A stretch of 64,000 nucleotides of DNA, from assembly GCA_051530055.1 (NCBI GenBank), contig CM121342.1, positions 7,448,691 through 7,512,690 on the forward strand, in the 5' to 3' direction. Below are positions 9,714 through 22,574 of the stretch, one piece after another. Under the pieces are notes generated by a model. That model searched no databases and was not told the DNA's origin. It saw only the letters and a program-made list of their open reading frames with translations. Both the position numbers and the translations under genes were made by a program. Every line of letters starts with the position of its first letter. Within the stretch, counting starts at the first letter, position 1. The stretch comes from Neoechinorhynchus agilis (taxonomy: Eukaryota; Animalia; Acanthocephala).

Positions 9714-12397
9714 GGAAAGCGTAATATTTTAAACATAAATGTCCAATCGGGATATTTTTTATCTTAAATGAAGTTTAGTTTATGAAGGCACCGTTTTGTC
9801 TTCATAGTTTTGTTTGTCCGCCAAATATATCCTCTTCCTCACGATTATGCACGAAAAGTCGTTATTTTTAGAACTTAGAACAATTAAAAAGCATAGTTAT
9901 AAGACTGGAAAGCGTAATATTTTAAACATAAATGTCCAATCGGGATATTTTTATCTTAAATTTAGTTTATGAAGGCACCGTTTTGTCTTCATAGTTGTCC
10001 GCCAAATATATCCTCTTCCTCACGATTATGCACGAAAAGTCGTTATTTTTAGAACTTAGAACAATTAAAAAGCATAGTTATAAGACTGGAAAGCGTAATA
10101 TTTTAAACATAAATGTCCAATCGGGATATTTTTTATCTTAAATGAAGTTTAGTTTATGAAGGCACCGTTTTGTCTTCATAGTTTTGTTTGTCCACCAAAT
10201 ATATCCTCTTCCTCACGATTATGCACGAAAAGTCGTTATTTTTAGAACTTAGAACAATTAAAAAGCATAGTTATAAGACTGGAAAGTGTAATATTTTAAA
10301 CATAAATGTCCAATCGGGATATTTTTTATCTTAAATGAAGTTTAGTTTATGAAGGCACCGTTTTGTCTTCATAGTTTTGTTTGTCCACCAAATATATCCT
10401 CTTCCTCACGATTATGCACGAAAAGTCGTTATTTTTAGAACTTAGAACAATTAAAAAGCATAGTTATAAGACTGGAAAGTGTAATATTTTAAACATAAAT
10501 GTCCAATCGGGATATTTTTTATCTTAAATGAAGTTTAGTTTATGAAGGCACCGTTTTGTCTTCATAGTTTTGTTTGTCAAATATATCCTCTTCCTCACGA
10601 TTATGCACGAAAAGTCGTTATTTTTAGAACTTAGAACAATTAAAAAGCATAGTTATAAGACTGGAAAGTGTAATATTTTAAACATAAATGTCCAATCGGG
10701 ATATTTTTTATCTTAAATGAAGTTTAGTTTATGAAGGCACCGTTTTGTCTTCATAGTTTTGTTTGTCCACCAAATATATCCTCTTCTCACGATTATGCCG
10801 AAAAGTCGTTATTTTTAGAACTTGAACAATTAAAAGCATAGTTATAAGACTGGAAAGTGTATATTTTAAACATAAATGTCCAATCGGGATATTTTTTATC
10901 TTAAATGAAGTAGTTTATGAAGGCACCGTTTCTTCATAGTTTTGTTTGTCCACCAAATATATCCTCTTCTCACGATTATGCACGAAAAGTCGTTATTTTT
11001 AGAACTTAGAACAATTAAAAAGCATAGTTATAAGACTGGAAAGTGTAATATTTAAACATAAATGTCCAATCGGGATATTTTTTTCTTAAATGAAGTTAGT
11101 TTATGAAGGCACCGTTTTGTCTTCATAGTTTTGTTTGTCCACCAAATATATCTCTTCCTCACGATTATGCACGAAAAGTCGTTATTTTTAGAACTTAGAA
11201 CAATTAAAAAGCATAGTTATAAGACTGGAAAGTGTAATATTTTAAACATAAATGTCCAATCGGGATATTTTTTATCTTAAATGAAGTTTAGTTTATGAAG
11301 GCACCGTTTTGTCTTCATAGTTTTGTTTGTCCACCAAATATATCCTCTTCCTCACGATTATGCACGAAAAGTCGTTATTTTTAGAACTTAGAACAATTAA
11401 AAAGCATAGTTATAAGACTGGAAAGTGTAATATTTTAAACATAAATGCAATCGGGATATTTTTTTCTTAAATGAAGTTTAGTTTATGAAGGCACCGTTTT
11501 GTCTTCATAGTTTTGTTTGTCCACCAAATATATCCTCTTCCTCACGATTATGCACGAAAAGTCGTTATTTTTAGAACTTAGAACAATTAAGCATAGTTAT
11601 AAGACTGGAAAGTGTAATATTTTAAACATAAATGTCCAATCGGGATATTTTTTATCTTAAATGAAGTTTAGTTTATGAAGGCACCGTTTTGTCTTCATAG
11701 TTTTGTTTGTCCACCAAATATATCCTCTTCCTCACGATTATGCACGAAAAGTCGTTATTTTTAGAACTTAGAACAATTAAAAAGCATAGTTATAAGACTG
11801 GAAAGTGTAATATTTTAAACATAAATGTCCAATCGGGATATTTTTTATCTTAAATGAAGTTTAGTTTATGAAGGCACCGTTTTGTCTTCATAGTTTTGTT
11901 TGTCCACCAAATATATCCTCTTCCTCACGATTATGCACGAAAAGTCGTTATTTTTAGAACTTAGAACAATTAAAAAGCATAGTTATAAGACTGGAAAGTG
12001 TAATATTTTAAACATAAATGTCCAATCGGGATATTTTTTATCTTAAATGAAGTTTAGTTTATGAAGGCACCGTTTTGTCTTCATAGTTTTGTTTGTCCAC
12101 CAAATATATCCTCTTCCTCACGATTATGCACGAAAAGTCGTTATTTTTAGAACTTAGAACAATTAAAAAGCATAGTTATAAGACTGGAAAGTGTAATATT
12201 TTAAACATAAATGTCCAATCGGGATATTTTTTATCTTAAATGAAGTTTAGTTTATGAAGGCACCGTTTTGTCTTCATAGTTTTGTTTGTCCACCAAATAT
12301 ATCCTCTTCCCCACGATTATGCACGAAAAGTCGTTATTTTTAGAACAATTAAAAGCATAGTTATAAGACTGGAAAGTGTAATATTTTAAACATAAAT
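9714..12397. repeat. Tandem satellite, about 190-193 bp unit, about 14 copies
   Basis: ggaaag(c/t)gtaatattttaaacataaatgtccaatcggga recurs (e.g. 10281, 10474, 10663); each unit carries a TATGAAG..CTTCATA inverted repeat. Confidence 0.97.
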
Positions 12398-12810
12398 ATC
12401 TTATGTCGATATTTTTATCCTAAATTTAGTTTTTTTGCTTTCATTTTTTCATGTGTGTGTCCAGATATTTTCATAACTACGAATGTCTTGTCTCATTTTT
12501 GGTTTAACTGTCGATTATTAAATTCCTCATGAAATCCATAATTTTTCAAGGATTTAAACTTTCTTTCTATATGACTAATCCAAACCCAGGTATTCATCAT
12601 ACACAAAATTCTGATTCAGATCATAGAAACACTTTTACAAGGGGATGGCAGTTCCCTTAAAAAGGGTGATCTCATTCGTTAACCAAAAAAGTGTTAAGCT
12701 CTTCAGCAAGAACTTCTTAAAGGATGTATCATTCTTCATTAATGTGAATCACCAATGGTATAAAAACGGCAAACGCTTAAACTCAAGAAGTAAATTTTTC
12801 AAATCTTAAG

Positions 12811-14914
12811 ATGGAGAACCCGATGGAAAGCAAACGTAAAAAGTCTTCGGCAATGTTTGTATCTCCAAAAAATCTTTTTTTCACTGCAACCAATCACATT
12901 ACAGAGTCACGCCAGTGTTGGTTACAGTCATTGGATTGATATCACTTGCTCTGGTAGTAATCATAGCGGGTGTCGGTATTGGCATTTAGAAATCGGGGAA
13001 ATAGTACTAACAATGGATTCGTAGCTCCAACACTTTTCGGTTCGTATTTTTTTCATTTAGTGATGTTTTACGAAAAAGTGCAGAAACGAGAGGAGGTGCA
13101 GTTCTTAATGCGAGGATACTTTCAGGAGATGCAAGAGTGGGGAACGCTATTAATGGAAGGATCCTGCAAGACGACGTTAGTCTTTTTCTTGTAATCAACC
13201 AAAATGTTAATTTTTAGATTAACGCGAGATTAATAAGAGGTTTACGCCAGCTGGGAAGATTTCCATTTTTTCTACGTGTGTTAGAAGTACCACCACTTCA
13301 AAGTATAAGAGGTAGAATGTTGAAGTTTGTATTCGGTAGTATAAGACTCAATAACCTTATCATATTCTTTTCAGCGTCACCATGAACTTTATAGTTTATT
13401 TTCAAAGAAGATGTTCGGATAATTGCACAATAGGGCGACAAACGCTTTTAGCGAATGCCTTTAAAAATCTGACCATCAATATTGGCACGGGTATTGTTGT
13501 AGTGGAAAATGCAACCGTTAATCTCGATGCTGGTAAGTTACTCGAATGTAGAATGAAGTTATGTATAATCGAGCTAAACAGAAACCGAATCAAGCGCTGG
13601 AACCCTGGCAAATATCACTGCGGAGAGAAATCAGCTACCACTGTCAACAAGTCTTCTACCGTTGGGTAAGTCGTTGACTGTTTAATGTTCAGGAAAATCA
13701 TGTAAAAATAGTGGCTGATTGGAAACAGGTTACAATAACGCTGGGTAACAATGTCGGTTCTTTAGCCCCGGCGGTGGTGGGAAACCAAGTGAATCAAATC
13801 ATTCACGATGTAAGTTATTTTTGAAAAGTTTAATTGAAATTCAAAATTCGACGAATAGCTGAATGCTTATGTTAGTGGTGAGACAATTTCCAATCAATCT
13901 GTAATCTTCATAAACTTTATCGGCACTGCGCCGACAATTAATACAGCTAATGGTGCAACAACATTAACAATCAAATTAAGAACCCTTCACTATCGTGGAT
14001 GTTTGAATTGCAATTCAACATTGCTTGCTGCCTTAAGACACCTACTCTCAATTTTAAGGATCTCGGTTTTATAGAGAGTCGATGTCATACGAACTTCGCT
14101 CAATGGACGGTTCGCATCTCAATTCGTTCAGGCCCAGCCCGCTGCGAATTATCAGCCCAAGCTTCTAATGAACGTTGCGGGCATGAATTTCGTCTTAGAA
14201 AACAGTAAGATTAGGTGTTAAGACCAAATAAGAATCCGCGTTGGTTTTTAGCTACGGAATTGACTGTACAGGAAGCTCAAACCATGCTAGAAGCAAAATC
14301 GTTATTAGTACGAACACGTAATGAAAAAGTGTTTCGTTCAATACTTTAATGTTGATTTAGAAATACCGTTGACGTTGACAATAACTTGCAGAGATGCTGC
14401 AAATAACAATAATGCTAATTGTCCAAGAGTCGCCCCCCTCCCAACACCAGCGGATGTCCAAAATAGCGTAAGCATTTATTTTAATTCAACATCATCGCCA
14501 AATTAATCAACTGAACAGATTATACAGATTCTAAGAGGAATAAATAAAACTAACACTCAAAACGAACCTTACGCAGTCGGAAACGTCGCATATGTGGCAC
14601 CAAATCCTGCAGCGTAGGGGAACCTGGAAAAGACTTTACCCATTGTGATTTTAGAATGACGACGACAATCACAATGAACCTCTATTATAATACTTCTCTC
14701 ACTTCGTTTACGGAAAGACGAGATGCATTACAGGCAGTTTTTAGAGGTCAACTCATAAGGATTACTAATTTAATTGCAGTAATCTCGCCTCTTCCAGAAG
14801 CGCTTGGTCCAGGTAATTTTTACTAGTGTAGTACAATTCTTCAAACGTTAAAAAATTACAGGCAGTGGACTCTATGTAACGCCAGCGGCATGGAACGCTC
14901 TGACTCCACTTTAA
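12811..14914 (+). CDS. Multi-exon predicted type II membrane protein with repeated about 100-aa (SEA-like?) modules; contains apparent disruptions
   Basis: TM VLVTVIGLISLALVVIIAVSVLAF near 12915-12990; phase-compatible GT-AG introns 13176-13217, 14318-14360, 14468-14518, 14614-14654, 14813-14861. Two apparent 1-nt frameshifts, one in-frame TAG (about 14071) and some unresolved junctions. Confidence 0.55.
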
Positions 14915-15227
14915 GTCTTCACAAGAAGATGAGAGTTTGAAGTTATTGTGAGTGAATAAATTACCATTCGTTTGAAGACTTTGAAGGCAATCATAAAGAC
15001 CGATATCGAGCAAATAAATCGATGGCTAACAATAAGCCTAGGTGATCTTTCACTATTTCATCTAACTCTATAAGCGATTTAAAAAAACAATAATTTGAAT
15101 CGTATTAAAAATGTAGATAGCGAATCGTGCAGTTTTTGTCGGGAAGGGTGGCATACGGCCACCCAATCATCCTTCGCCTGCCTTTGTTATCCCACCCGTT
15201 CCTCCGGATGATGTCGTCACGGAACCA

Positions 15228-17030
15228 ATGAATACGGATGGAGACGAAGATAGGCAATCCAACCCTGAAGTCAGTCACCAGTTCCTTCGGGGCACACAAC
15301 ATTTCTTCGGGAACATACACCAAACTCCGAATAACCCAATCTCTACTCTCTCCCGGAAACCTGTCATCAGCCTTTCGGGAATATCCAACAAAATTCACCC
15401 AATGATTTACAATATCAGGATCTCCCGATTAAAAAATGGCCATTCTCAGTCTCGCTCACAACTAATCCAACCTCGAAATCTTCTACACAACAAATATGTT
15501 ACGCCATGGCTGCGTTCTTTGAAAGATGATTATAATCGCATCAAATCCATCTCATATTATGGAGGTACCGTGAACATCTAATTCGTCTCCGATATCTTTA
15601 TGAAACAATATAAAGTCTTCCTAAACAGTTACAATGCGGACCCTTCTCTTAAAATTACTGACTCCAGCTATAAGTCAACTTTCATAGTCTCGGGTCTATC
15701 TCCGGATATAGAACTTGAGGACAGGAAAGCTTTCGAATGCAAATTCGGCTGTGAAGTGGTCTTTTTCCTGAAATCATTGAAAACCGGCAAACCAATCCCA
15801 CGCGCAGTGGGAAAAGCTCCAGTTCACATTCGAGAGAAATTGACAACATCCTCTTGTTCCTTCATGTTGATGAAAGTAAAATTCGTAAAGAACAAAATCT
15901 CACTCCAAGATGATTTTATATTTCCGAGATGTAACCTGTGTCAGAAATGGGGACACTGGGCACAAAAATGCCCCTCCAAGAAAACTGTTTGCGCCTTCTG
16001 TGCTGCAGATCATCATTCTTCAGCCTGCCCAAAGTCGTCGAGACAATGTGCTAATTGTGGATCAGTTGGTCATTGTGCCTTTGCTAAAACATACCCTACA
16101 TTTAAGGACTATATTAACTGGGCCTCTAGGGATTCGAACAAGGCGATAGCATCCAGAATGCATACTGCTCAACAGACCAGCGCAGCTCCATATTCATTCA
16201 ATCTGAGACCTACAGTCACGCTATCTGCTCAAACGAGCAATCACATTGCCTCTTCCTATTCAGTGGATACGAAGTTAGAAGAGCTTTCAGAGAACATCAT
16301 GAGTCTGGTATTAAAGAAGGATAAACTACGCAATCCAAGGGCTGGAAAAGAGACTTGCAGCACATTTTGAAGCACTTGTAAACTCTATTGACAACAGCCT
16401 CTCCGGTCTTCTTAAAACTTCATCGATGCAGTTGGATGTTCCTGCTAAAAGAGGATGTTTTCATCTCCTTCCAGACAAAACAACTTCAGTAGACAAAGAT
16501 ATCTCTGTCCTCAATAACGAGAAATTTGTGAGGCAAAAATCATCGAGGAACAAAAACTGATTATTGAGAACGGGAATCACAAAATGATTGCGAAGCCTCA
16601 TAAGCTTTACTCCAAACGTAAGAGCAGGGCGCGATGAGCCTCAGGTTAGTGCAGTGGAATGCAGGGGGGGTCGCTAGGTCTATCACAGCTAAAGGCCGAA
16701 TTTAAAGAATGCGACATACTCCTGTTACAAGAAACAAAATCGATCTACTCGATTTCAGGTCTTCCAAATAGTATGTTTCACCTTCTTAATGACTTTATTT
16801 TTTTATAACACCTCCATTCTCTGCCAACTCTCAGGGCCTTTTATCCATTTTCGCCCATACTTCTTACCTAAAAGGATCTCCGAATACGCTTCCCCGATCA
16901 TGTCCTATGCGATGCGATCGCGACACGATGGAATGCGGACTGGGATTACCTAACCTTTCCTTGTTTTAGATATCCTGACGAAAACCCTGATAATCTTAAT
17001 TTAATTTTAATAAATTCACCAATCTTTAAA
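15228..17030 (+). mobile_element. LINE 5' half: gag-like ORF1 with zinc knuckles plus the start of the APE endonuclease
   Basis: RCNLCQKWGHWAQKC..CAFCAADHHSSAC..CANCGSVGH; ORF2 start MSLRLVQWNAGG and LLQETK at about 16634; no RT follows. Confidence 0.85.
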
Positions 17031-17625
17031 TTATCTTATGTACAATATCTTTGCATTCACTAGGAAGATCTTTGGTGAATCTTACCTCGATCTCATCAAG
17101 AACATGGAGAAATTAAAGCTCAAAAACACAAGACAACATATATCAATCGATTTTCTATCGCAATGTCTATGTTATGATATAAGTCATTCCTTTATAAAAA
17201 CTCAATTCAACTGCCTTCGGATATGAAAACTCGCAATATCAAAAACAGCTCAAAACAAATGCCATGAAGAAAACGATTGGAAATTTGAAAAACTTAATCA
17301 AAAATAACAACCAAATTTATGAAACTCTACAAATCTCATTTAAGTTCATGAGTAGTTCGGAATCGAATGATATAGTTCAAAATACATTAGAGGATATCTG
17401 TAAAATCGAAGAAAATGTAATTCACAAACGGCATACTCAAAAACTACGTTAACTGACACGAGGACATTATTTTGATTCATCACATGGTGATACAATAGTC
17501 AACACATCAGGTGTTATATTTCCAAACGAGGTTATTGAACTACTGTCCTACGGTCCTGATTTTATACCCTCGAAAAATTCTAATATAATGGATATCCGGA
17601 TAAAACTCGAACAATTGTATTGTTT
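17030..17625 (+). mobile_element. Penelope-like N-terminal domain fragment
   Basis: IDFLSQCLCYDI..F and NTSGVIFPNEVIELLSYGPDFIP, resembling the NLS..L...E..LL.KG..F.P motif of PLE ORFs. Confidence 0.55.
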
Positions 17626-17960
17626 TGTATGCAACGGTACTTTCCTACGTTACACCGTAGGTATAAGCCCGTCAAATAGAATTAGACTCCGCAGGGGATC
17701 CAAAATACACGACAGCAGTCCTGTTATGCGTGCAATTCGCGTCTCTTAAAATCAGGTCATCGTATGTACGACAGTTCCCTTTGCCTTTACGATACAATGT
17801 CGTTGGCTTCCAGAAAAGGAACTGTTGCACGACCTGTGGGCAAGATGCCTCGGACCGAATTATATTGCCCGAGAACTGCTCTAATGTTTCGGCTAGATTT
17901 CTATAAAATTCTTCAACCACCTCTTCATCCGACGAGGAGGTCGGTGAGTGTACGCCAAAA
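17625..17960 (-). mobile_element. RTE 3'-end fragment, same family as 25715-27890
   Basis: Reverse complement of about 27640-27880, including the cctacg/cgtagg hairpin and tacaa tail. Confidence 0.85.
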
Positions 17961-17994
17961 GCATAGAGATTTCTTGACCGAAGCTTTATGCTGA

Positions 17995-20030
17995 CACGAA
18001 GGATTCAGTCAGTTATAGTACTGCATAGTGCTGAGTTTCGGAGGCGGGGTGATAAACAAACGCCTACACCTCCATTTCCGCGTCCGCAGATAGGTAATCC
18101 TCCTGATTTACGTCTTTATCTGATTGGCCTCTTATGCGCAATTCTTGTAAAAAAACAAGATCCATTCTGACGTCCCTTGCCAATTTGGCCAGGGTTCCCC
18201 TGCTTCATTGCGCTCGCAGACTCCTACAATTCAAGGATCCGATTTGTAGTCCTCTTCTATCTGAAATAGCTGGGCCAAAGGGCTCACGGCTGTCAGCGCC
18301 ACCTGAACAGTCCGTACCCACCACGGTGATGAGCTTCGACTGACGCTTTCGTTGCCTCCGGCGACAGTTTCGCTCATTTCAACGCTCAAGTCGTCGGCGA
18401 GAGCTACGACGCCCTCGCTTTTTCCCGTTGTACTGGTGGATTTTGTTGCTCCTGTTCGCTGCCCATCCTACCAAGAGAGCTCCTCTATAAGGAATATCTT
18501 GGCCCATGGCTTAGATCCTTTAAGGATGATATTCAAAGAGTCTCACATGTCACCTACTTCGGAGGAAAACTAAAAGTCCATTTAATGAATGAGACCTTGA
18601 GACAACACTACGAAAAATTTCTTACGAAATGCAACAAATCAAAAGTAACGGTCCATAATTAATCATACGAGACGACTTTCATTGTATATGGACTCTCTCC
18701 AGACATAGATGAGGATGATAGGATCGCTTTCGAAAACAAATTCGGTTGCAGAATATTATTCTTCCTAAAATCAAAGAAAAATGGAGGATTTATTCCCAGA
18801 GCTGTGGTGAAAGCCGGAAAAGAGACACGACATTCGCTTACAGGAAAGAGGTGTTTCTTCAACTCGATGGAAGTGAAGTTCATTGAAAACGAAATTTCCC
18901 GCATGGACGACATCATCTTCCCAAGATGCGCCGGTTGTCAAAAATGGGGACATTGGTTACAACGATGTCCTTCGAGGAAGATAATCTGCGCTTACTGTGC
19001 AGGAGATCAAATAAATTGCAATTGCCCAAAGACCTCAAGCAATGCTCCATGAGTGCATCGTTTCCTGACTGATACATTCTGCGTCCTGCCAGACAACTCA
19101 GCCATAGAGATACAAACTTTCTGTTCCTCCTGTTTGAGAGATTTAAGATATGGCGGCATCGGAGTAATCCACAACAAGGTCTTGTCCAGTCTTCAAAGCT
19201 TACGCGTCCTGTGCTCAAAACAAGGCAATGGAAACGCATCGAAGGTCATTTGCCGCAGCCACTTCGACTGTCAGTTCGAAAACTCAGCAACCAATAGCTT
19301 CGACTCTGGTCATAGACCAGCCTTCCGCTACATCATCACGTTTTGGTTCCATATCGGAACTCTCGACCAACACTTGGCTTCAACTTAATAATATTCTTAA
19401 TGACTTTTCAACGAAAATACTACAAATGGTGTACTTAAGGATAATTTCAGCCATTCAAAACCTCGAACGACGCCTAGAGAAACACTTCGAAGCCCTGACC
19501 AATTCTATCTCACTTAGTCTGAGCCGCATAAATATACCGGAAAAACTGGAAACCCGTAGGATAGAGAAAATATCTCTAGATCTATCCGAAACAGATACGG
19601 TACGGGCGTTACTATGAATATCGATGTGAATGACAATGAATCGTATGTCAGGCAAATAATTGACGAGCAACAGCAAATATGCGCAGAAGGACCAGTCGAT
19701 ATGATCAAGCGGAGGAGAGCCATTCTATGACAGAATTGAGGTTGGTGCAGTGGAATGCAGGCGGACGCCTAGAAATTCCCAGAATAATCTCGGCTGCTCA
19801 GAAGCATGAAATGACCTTCATTCAGGAAACCAAATGTATCTATGACTTCCAAGATCTTCCTGAAGGTATTAAGTGTCTAGATATGGACTCCTCCATTTTC
19901 ATCACCCCGCCGGCCAATCTTAATTCGCAGGGACTCCTCTCAATTTTTAATTCCTGCCCTTTCCCGACCGTTATCGGTCAATTCAGTACACAGTTTATAG
20001 AGCGCTTTATGCTCAAAAAGTTCAAATTTT
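17995..20030 (+). mobile_element. Second, diverged LINE 5' half (ORF1 zinc knuckle plus APE start)
   Basis: FPRCAGCQKWGHWLQRCPS..CAYCAGD; MTELRLVQWNAGG..FIQETK; colinear paralog of 15228-17030. Confidence 0.85.
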
Positions 20031-20169
20031 GTATAAATATCAATTCGAAAACAAATGAAAAGGTGCCAAATATTCTAATATTTTATCGACTTTTTGAAAG
20101 TTTTCATTAGATCACAAAAATTTTTACTTGCTTTAAAAGGTCACAAAATTATATTGTTAATGGGAAATA

Positions 20170-20805
20170 TATTTTGTTCGTCCAATTAATATTTTGCGAA
20201 TCACATAAACATTTCATTGGAGTCGGTTCGCAATATGTACTATTAGCGCTCGACTATCTCACGAATACCTTTTTGAAGTGTTTTGGACACAGAACTTTAG
20301 CTTCAATTCTCAATAACACTAACTAACTTGCAACCTGATAAATGATTAATAAAGTTAAAAACAATTATAACTTAATACCGCCGTGCCCACACATTTGATA
20401 TTTTTCACATATTGGAACGTTTTACCAGAAGTAAAATAAAAACGAGCTTCAATTGCACTTCTTTAAATCTCGAATGAATTCGAAAGTTAATGCATTTAAG
20501 AGAACAAAGAATATATCTTCGAATAAAAGTTCTATGACAATCGCAATTCATAAATTAATGGAAACGTACTTAAAAGATTAACGAAACCTTTTGTGCGCTG
20601 ATTCCGTTTCGGTAGTATTTAAACAATCGACAGCCGTAAACTAGTTATAATTATTCGCATAACTCCCTAAATTTAGGCATGATTCAAATTCGATTTGCAC
20701 TTGAAGAGAAAAGTGTTATTTAAAATGATAAATAGCTATTATTCCTTTTTAATTTTGTATTGGAAATGCACTTGTCATACAGGTAACTCAAAATTCGAGT
20801 TACCG
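20170..20805 (+). repeat. Segmental duplicate block B, copy 2
   Basis: Near-identical to 1435-2075; joins mucin repeats directly at 20800. Confidence 0.9.
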
Positions 20806-21586
20806 AGAGTACCACCGAGTCAGCAACAAAATGGACAACCGATATATTTGTAGAATTAACAACCGAGAGCACCGAAGAGTCAGCAACCGAATGCACAACC
20901 GACAGATTCATAGAATCAACAACCGAGAGCACCGCCGAGTCAAACACCGAGAGCTCAACCGATAGATTCACAGAATAAACAACCGAGAGTACCACCGAGT
21001 CAGCAACCGATTGATTCACGGAAACAACAGCCGAGAGAACCGCCGAGTCAACAATCGAAAGCACCATCCATAGATTCAAAGAATCAACAACTGAGAGAAC
21101 CGCCGAGCCAGTAACCGAAAGCACAACAGATAAATTCACAGAATCAAGAACTGATAAGACTGCCGAGTCAGCAACCGAATGGACAACCGACAGATTCATA
21201 GAATCAACAACCGAAAGCAAAACCGATATATTAGTAGAGTTAACAATCGAGAGCACCGTTGAGTCAACAACCGATAGATTCACAGAATCAACAACTGATA
21301 GCACCACGGAGTGAGCAACCGAATGGGCAACCGATAGATTCAAAGAATAAACAACTGATTACACCACCTAGTCAGCAACCGAATGCACAACCGATAGATT
21401 CACAGAATCAACAGCCGAGAGTACCACCAGGTTAGCAACCGAATGGACAACCGATAGATTAAAAGAATCAACAACCGTGAGCACCGCCGAGCAAGCAACC
21501 GAAAGCACAGCCGATAGATTCTCAGAATCAACAACTTATAGCACCACCGACTCAGCAACCGAAAGCACAACCGATAGATTCACAGT
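20800..21586 (+). pseudogene. Degenerate mucin repeat tract (TTES/TDRF-type unit) with stops
   Basis: accgagagcaccgccgagtcagcaaccgaa..gatagattc repeats; several tca codons mutated to taa/tga; same repeat type as 2720-2915. Confidence 0.75.
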
Positions 21587-21589
21587 GGG

Positions 21590-21930
21590 AGATCAGCGCG
21601 ACATTTCGACCAAGTCTCCTGGCCTTAAGTAAATCAGTTCGAAAAAAATTTAGCGGGGTCAACGAGAAGATACGAATTGGATCTCTCAACTTCGGTACGT
21701 TGAAGGGCAACACCCAAGAACTGGGGAAGATATTAAAAGGAAAACTAGAAATTTAGTGCGCTTTGCAAGAAACCAGACAGTGCGGCTCAAAGGTTTATGA
21801 CATGGAACAAGAAAACGTCCTGAGCGGTTGTAAACTTTTTATTATTGAGCTAAAGGTACACACAACGGTGTTGTAATGACGAACTCCGAACAATTATGGG
21901 ATTCGGTACAAAAAGTACACCGCTTCGATG
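21590..21930 (+). mobile_element. RTE-type APE endonuclease N-terminal fragment
   Basis: KIRIGSLNFGTLKG..CALQETR..HNGV..VHRFDD. Confidence 0.75.
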
Positions 21931-22574
21931 ACCAACCGATTTTTTTCCCACTATAAAACAAATCTTAGAATATTGAAATTGATATGCAATGATTTTAGAA
22001 TATCGCTTTAAGCTTATGCTTATGACCGTGAACTAAAGTGCGGGGCATTGTTAGTATGCAAAAGACAGAATAAGTCATAATTGACCTGTAAAACCTTTAA
22101 GATTTGCCTAGAAGCATTCCGCTGAGATTTTTACGTTCAAATTACCATTTGACTGGAATTACGATTACGTCAATGCGCTTTTGCTGGACAATTTGGGCTT
22201 TGTTGTCGCGAATTAACCTTCGTAAACTATATTTTACTCTAAAATTTCATAAAATCTGACATTTGAAACGAATACCAAAAAAAAGGTTTCAAAATCCAAG
22301 ATCGTGAACTACGAAACTGCCACTTTCATTCCGGCTCCACACAAACATGGTCCTAATTTTGGGATTCTGGACGAAAAGCCAGACGATGGCTAATAATGAT
22401 TGTTTCTTAGAGTAGCTATTTACGACGTTCCTCCCGGGATTTCTACTTTAACTTGAAGATGAAAACTAAAGTGAATCAGCAAGGAGCTCTTACACAGTGA
22501 GTTCATCTTAATCATTTTCTTTGATAATCCTACAAAACGAAAGGATCGACAAACTTTTTGTCAGGCAGCACGAA

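Noticed and set aside
9714-12397. Possible CRISPR array
   Set aside because: Whole units repeat with no unique spacers, in a eukaryotic context with no cas genes.
12960-14075. Alternative genetic code (TAG read as sense)
   Set aside because: Intact genes here terminate at TAG, TAA and TGA; isolated internal stops are better explained by mutation or error.
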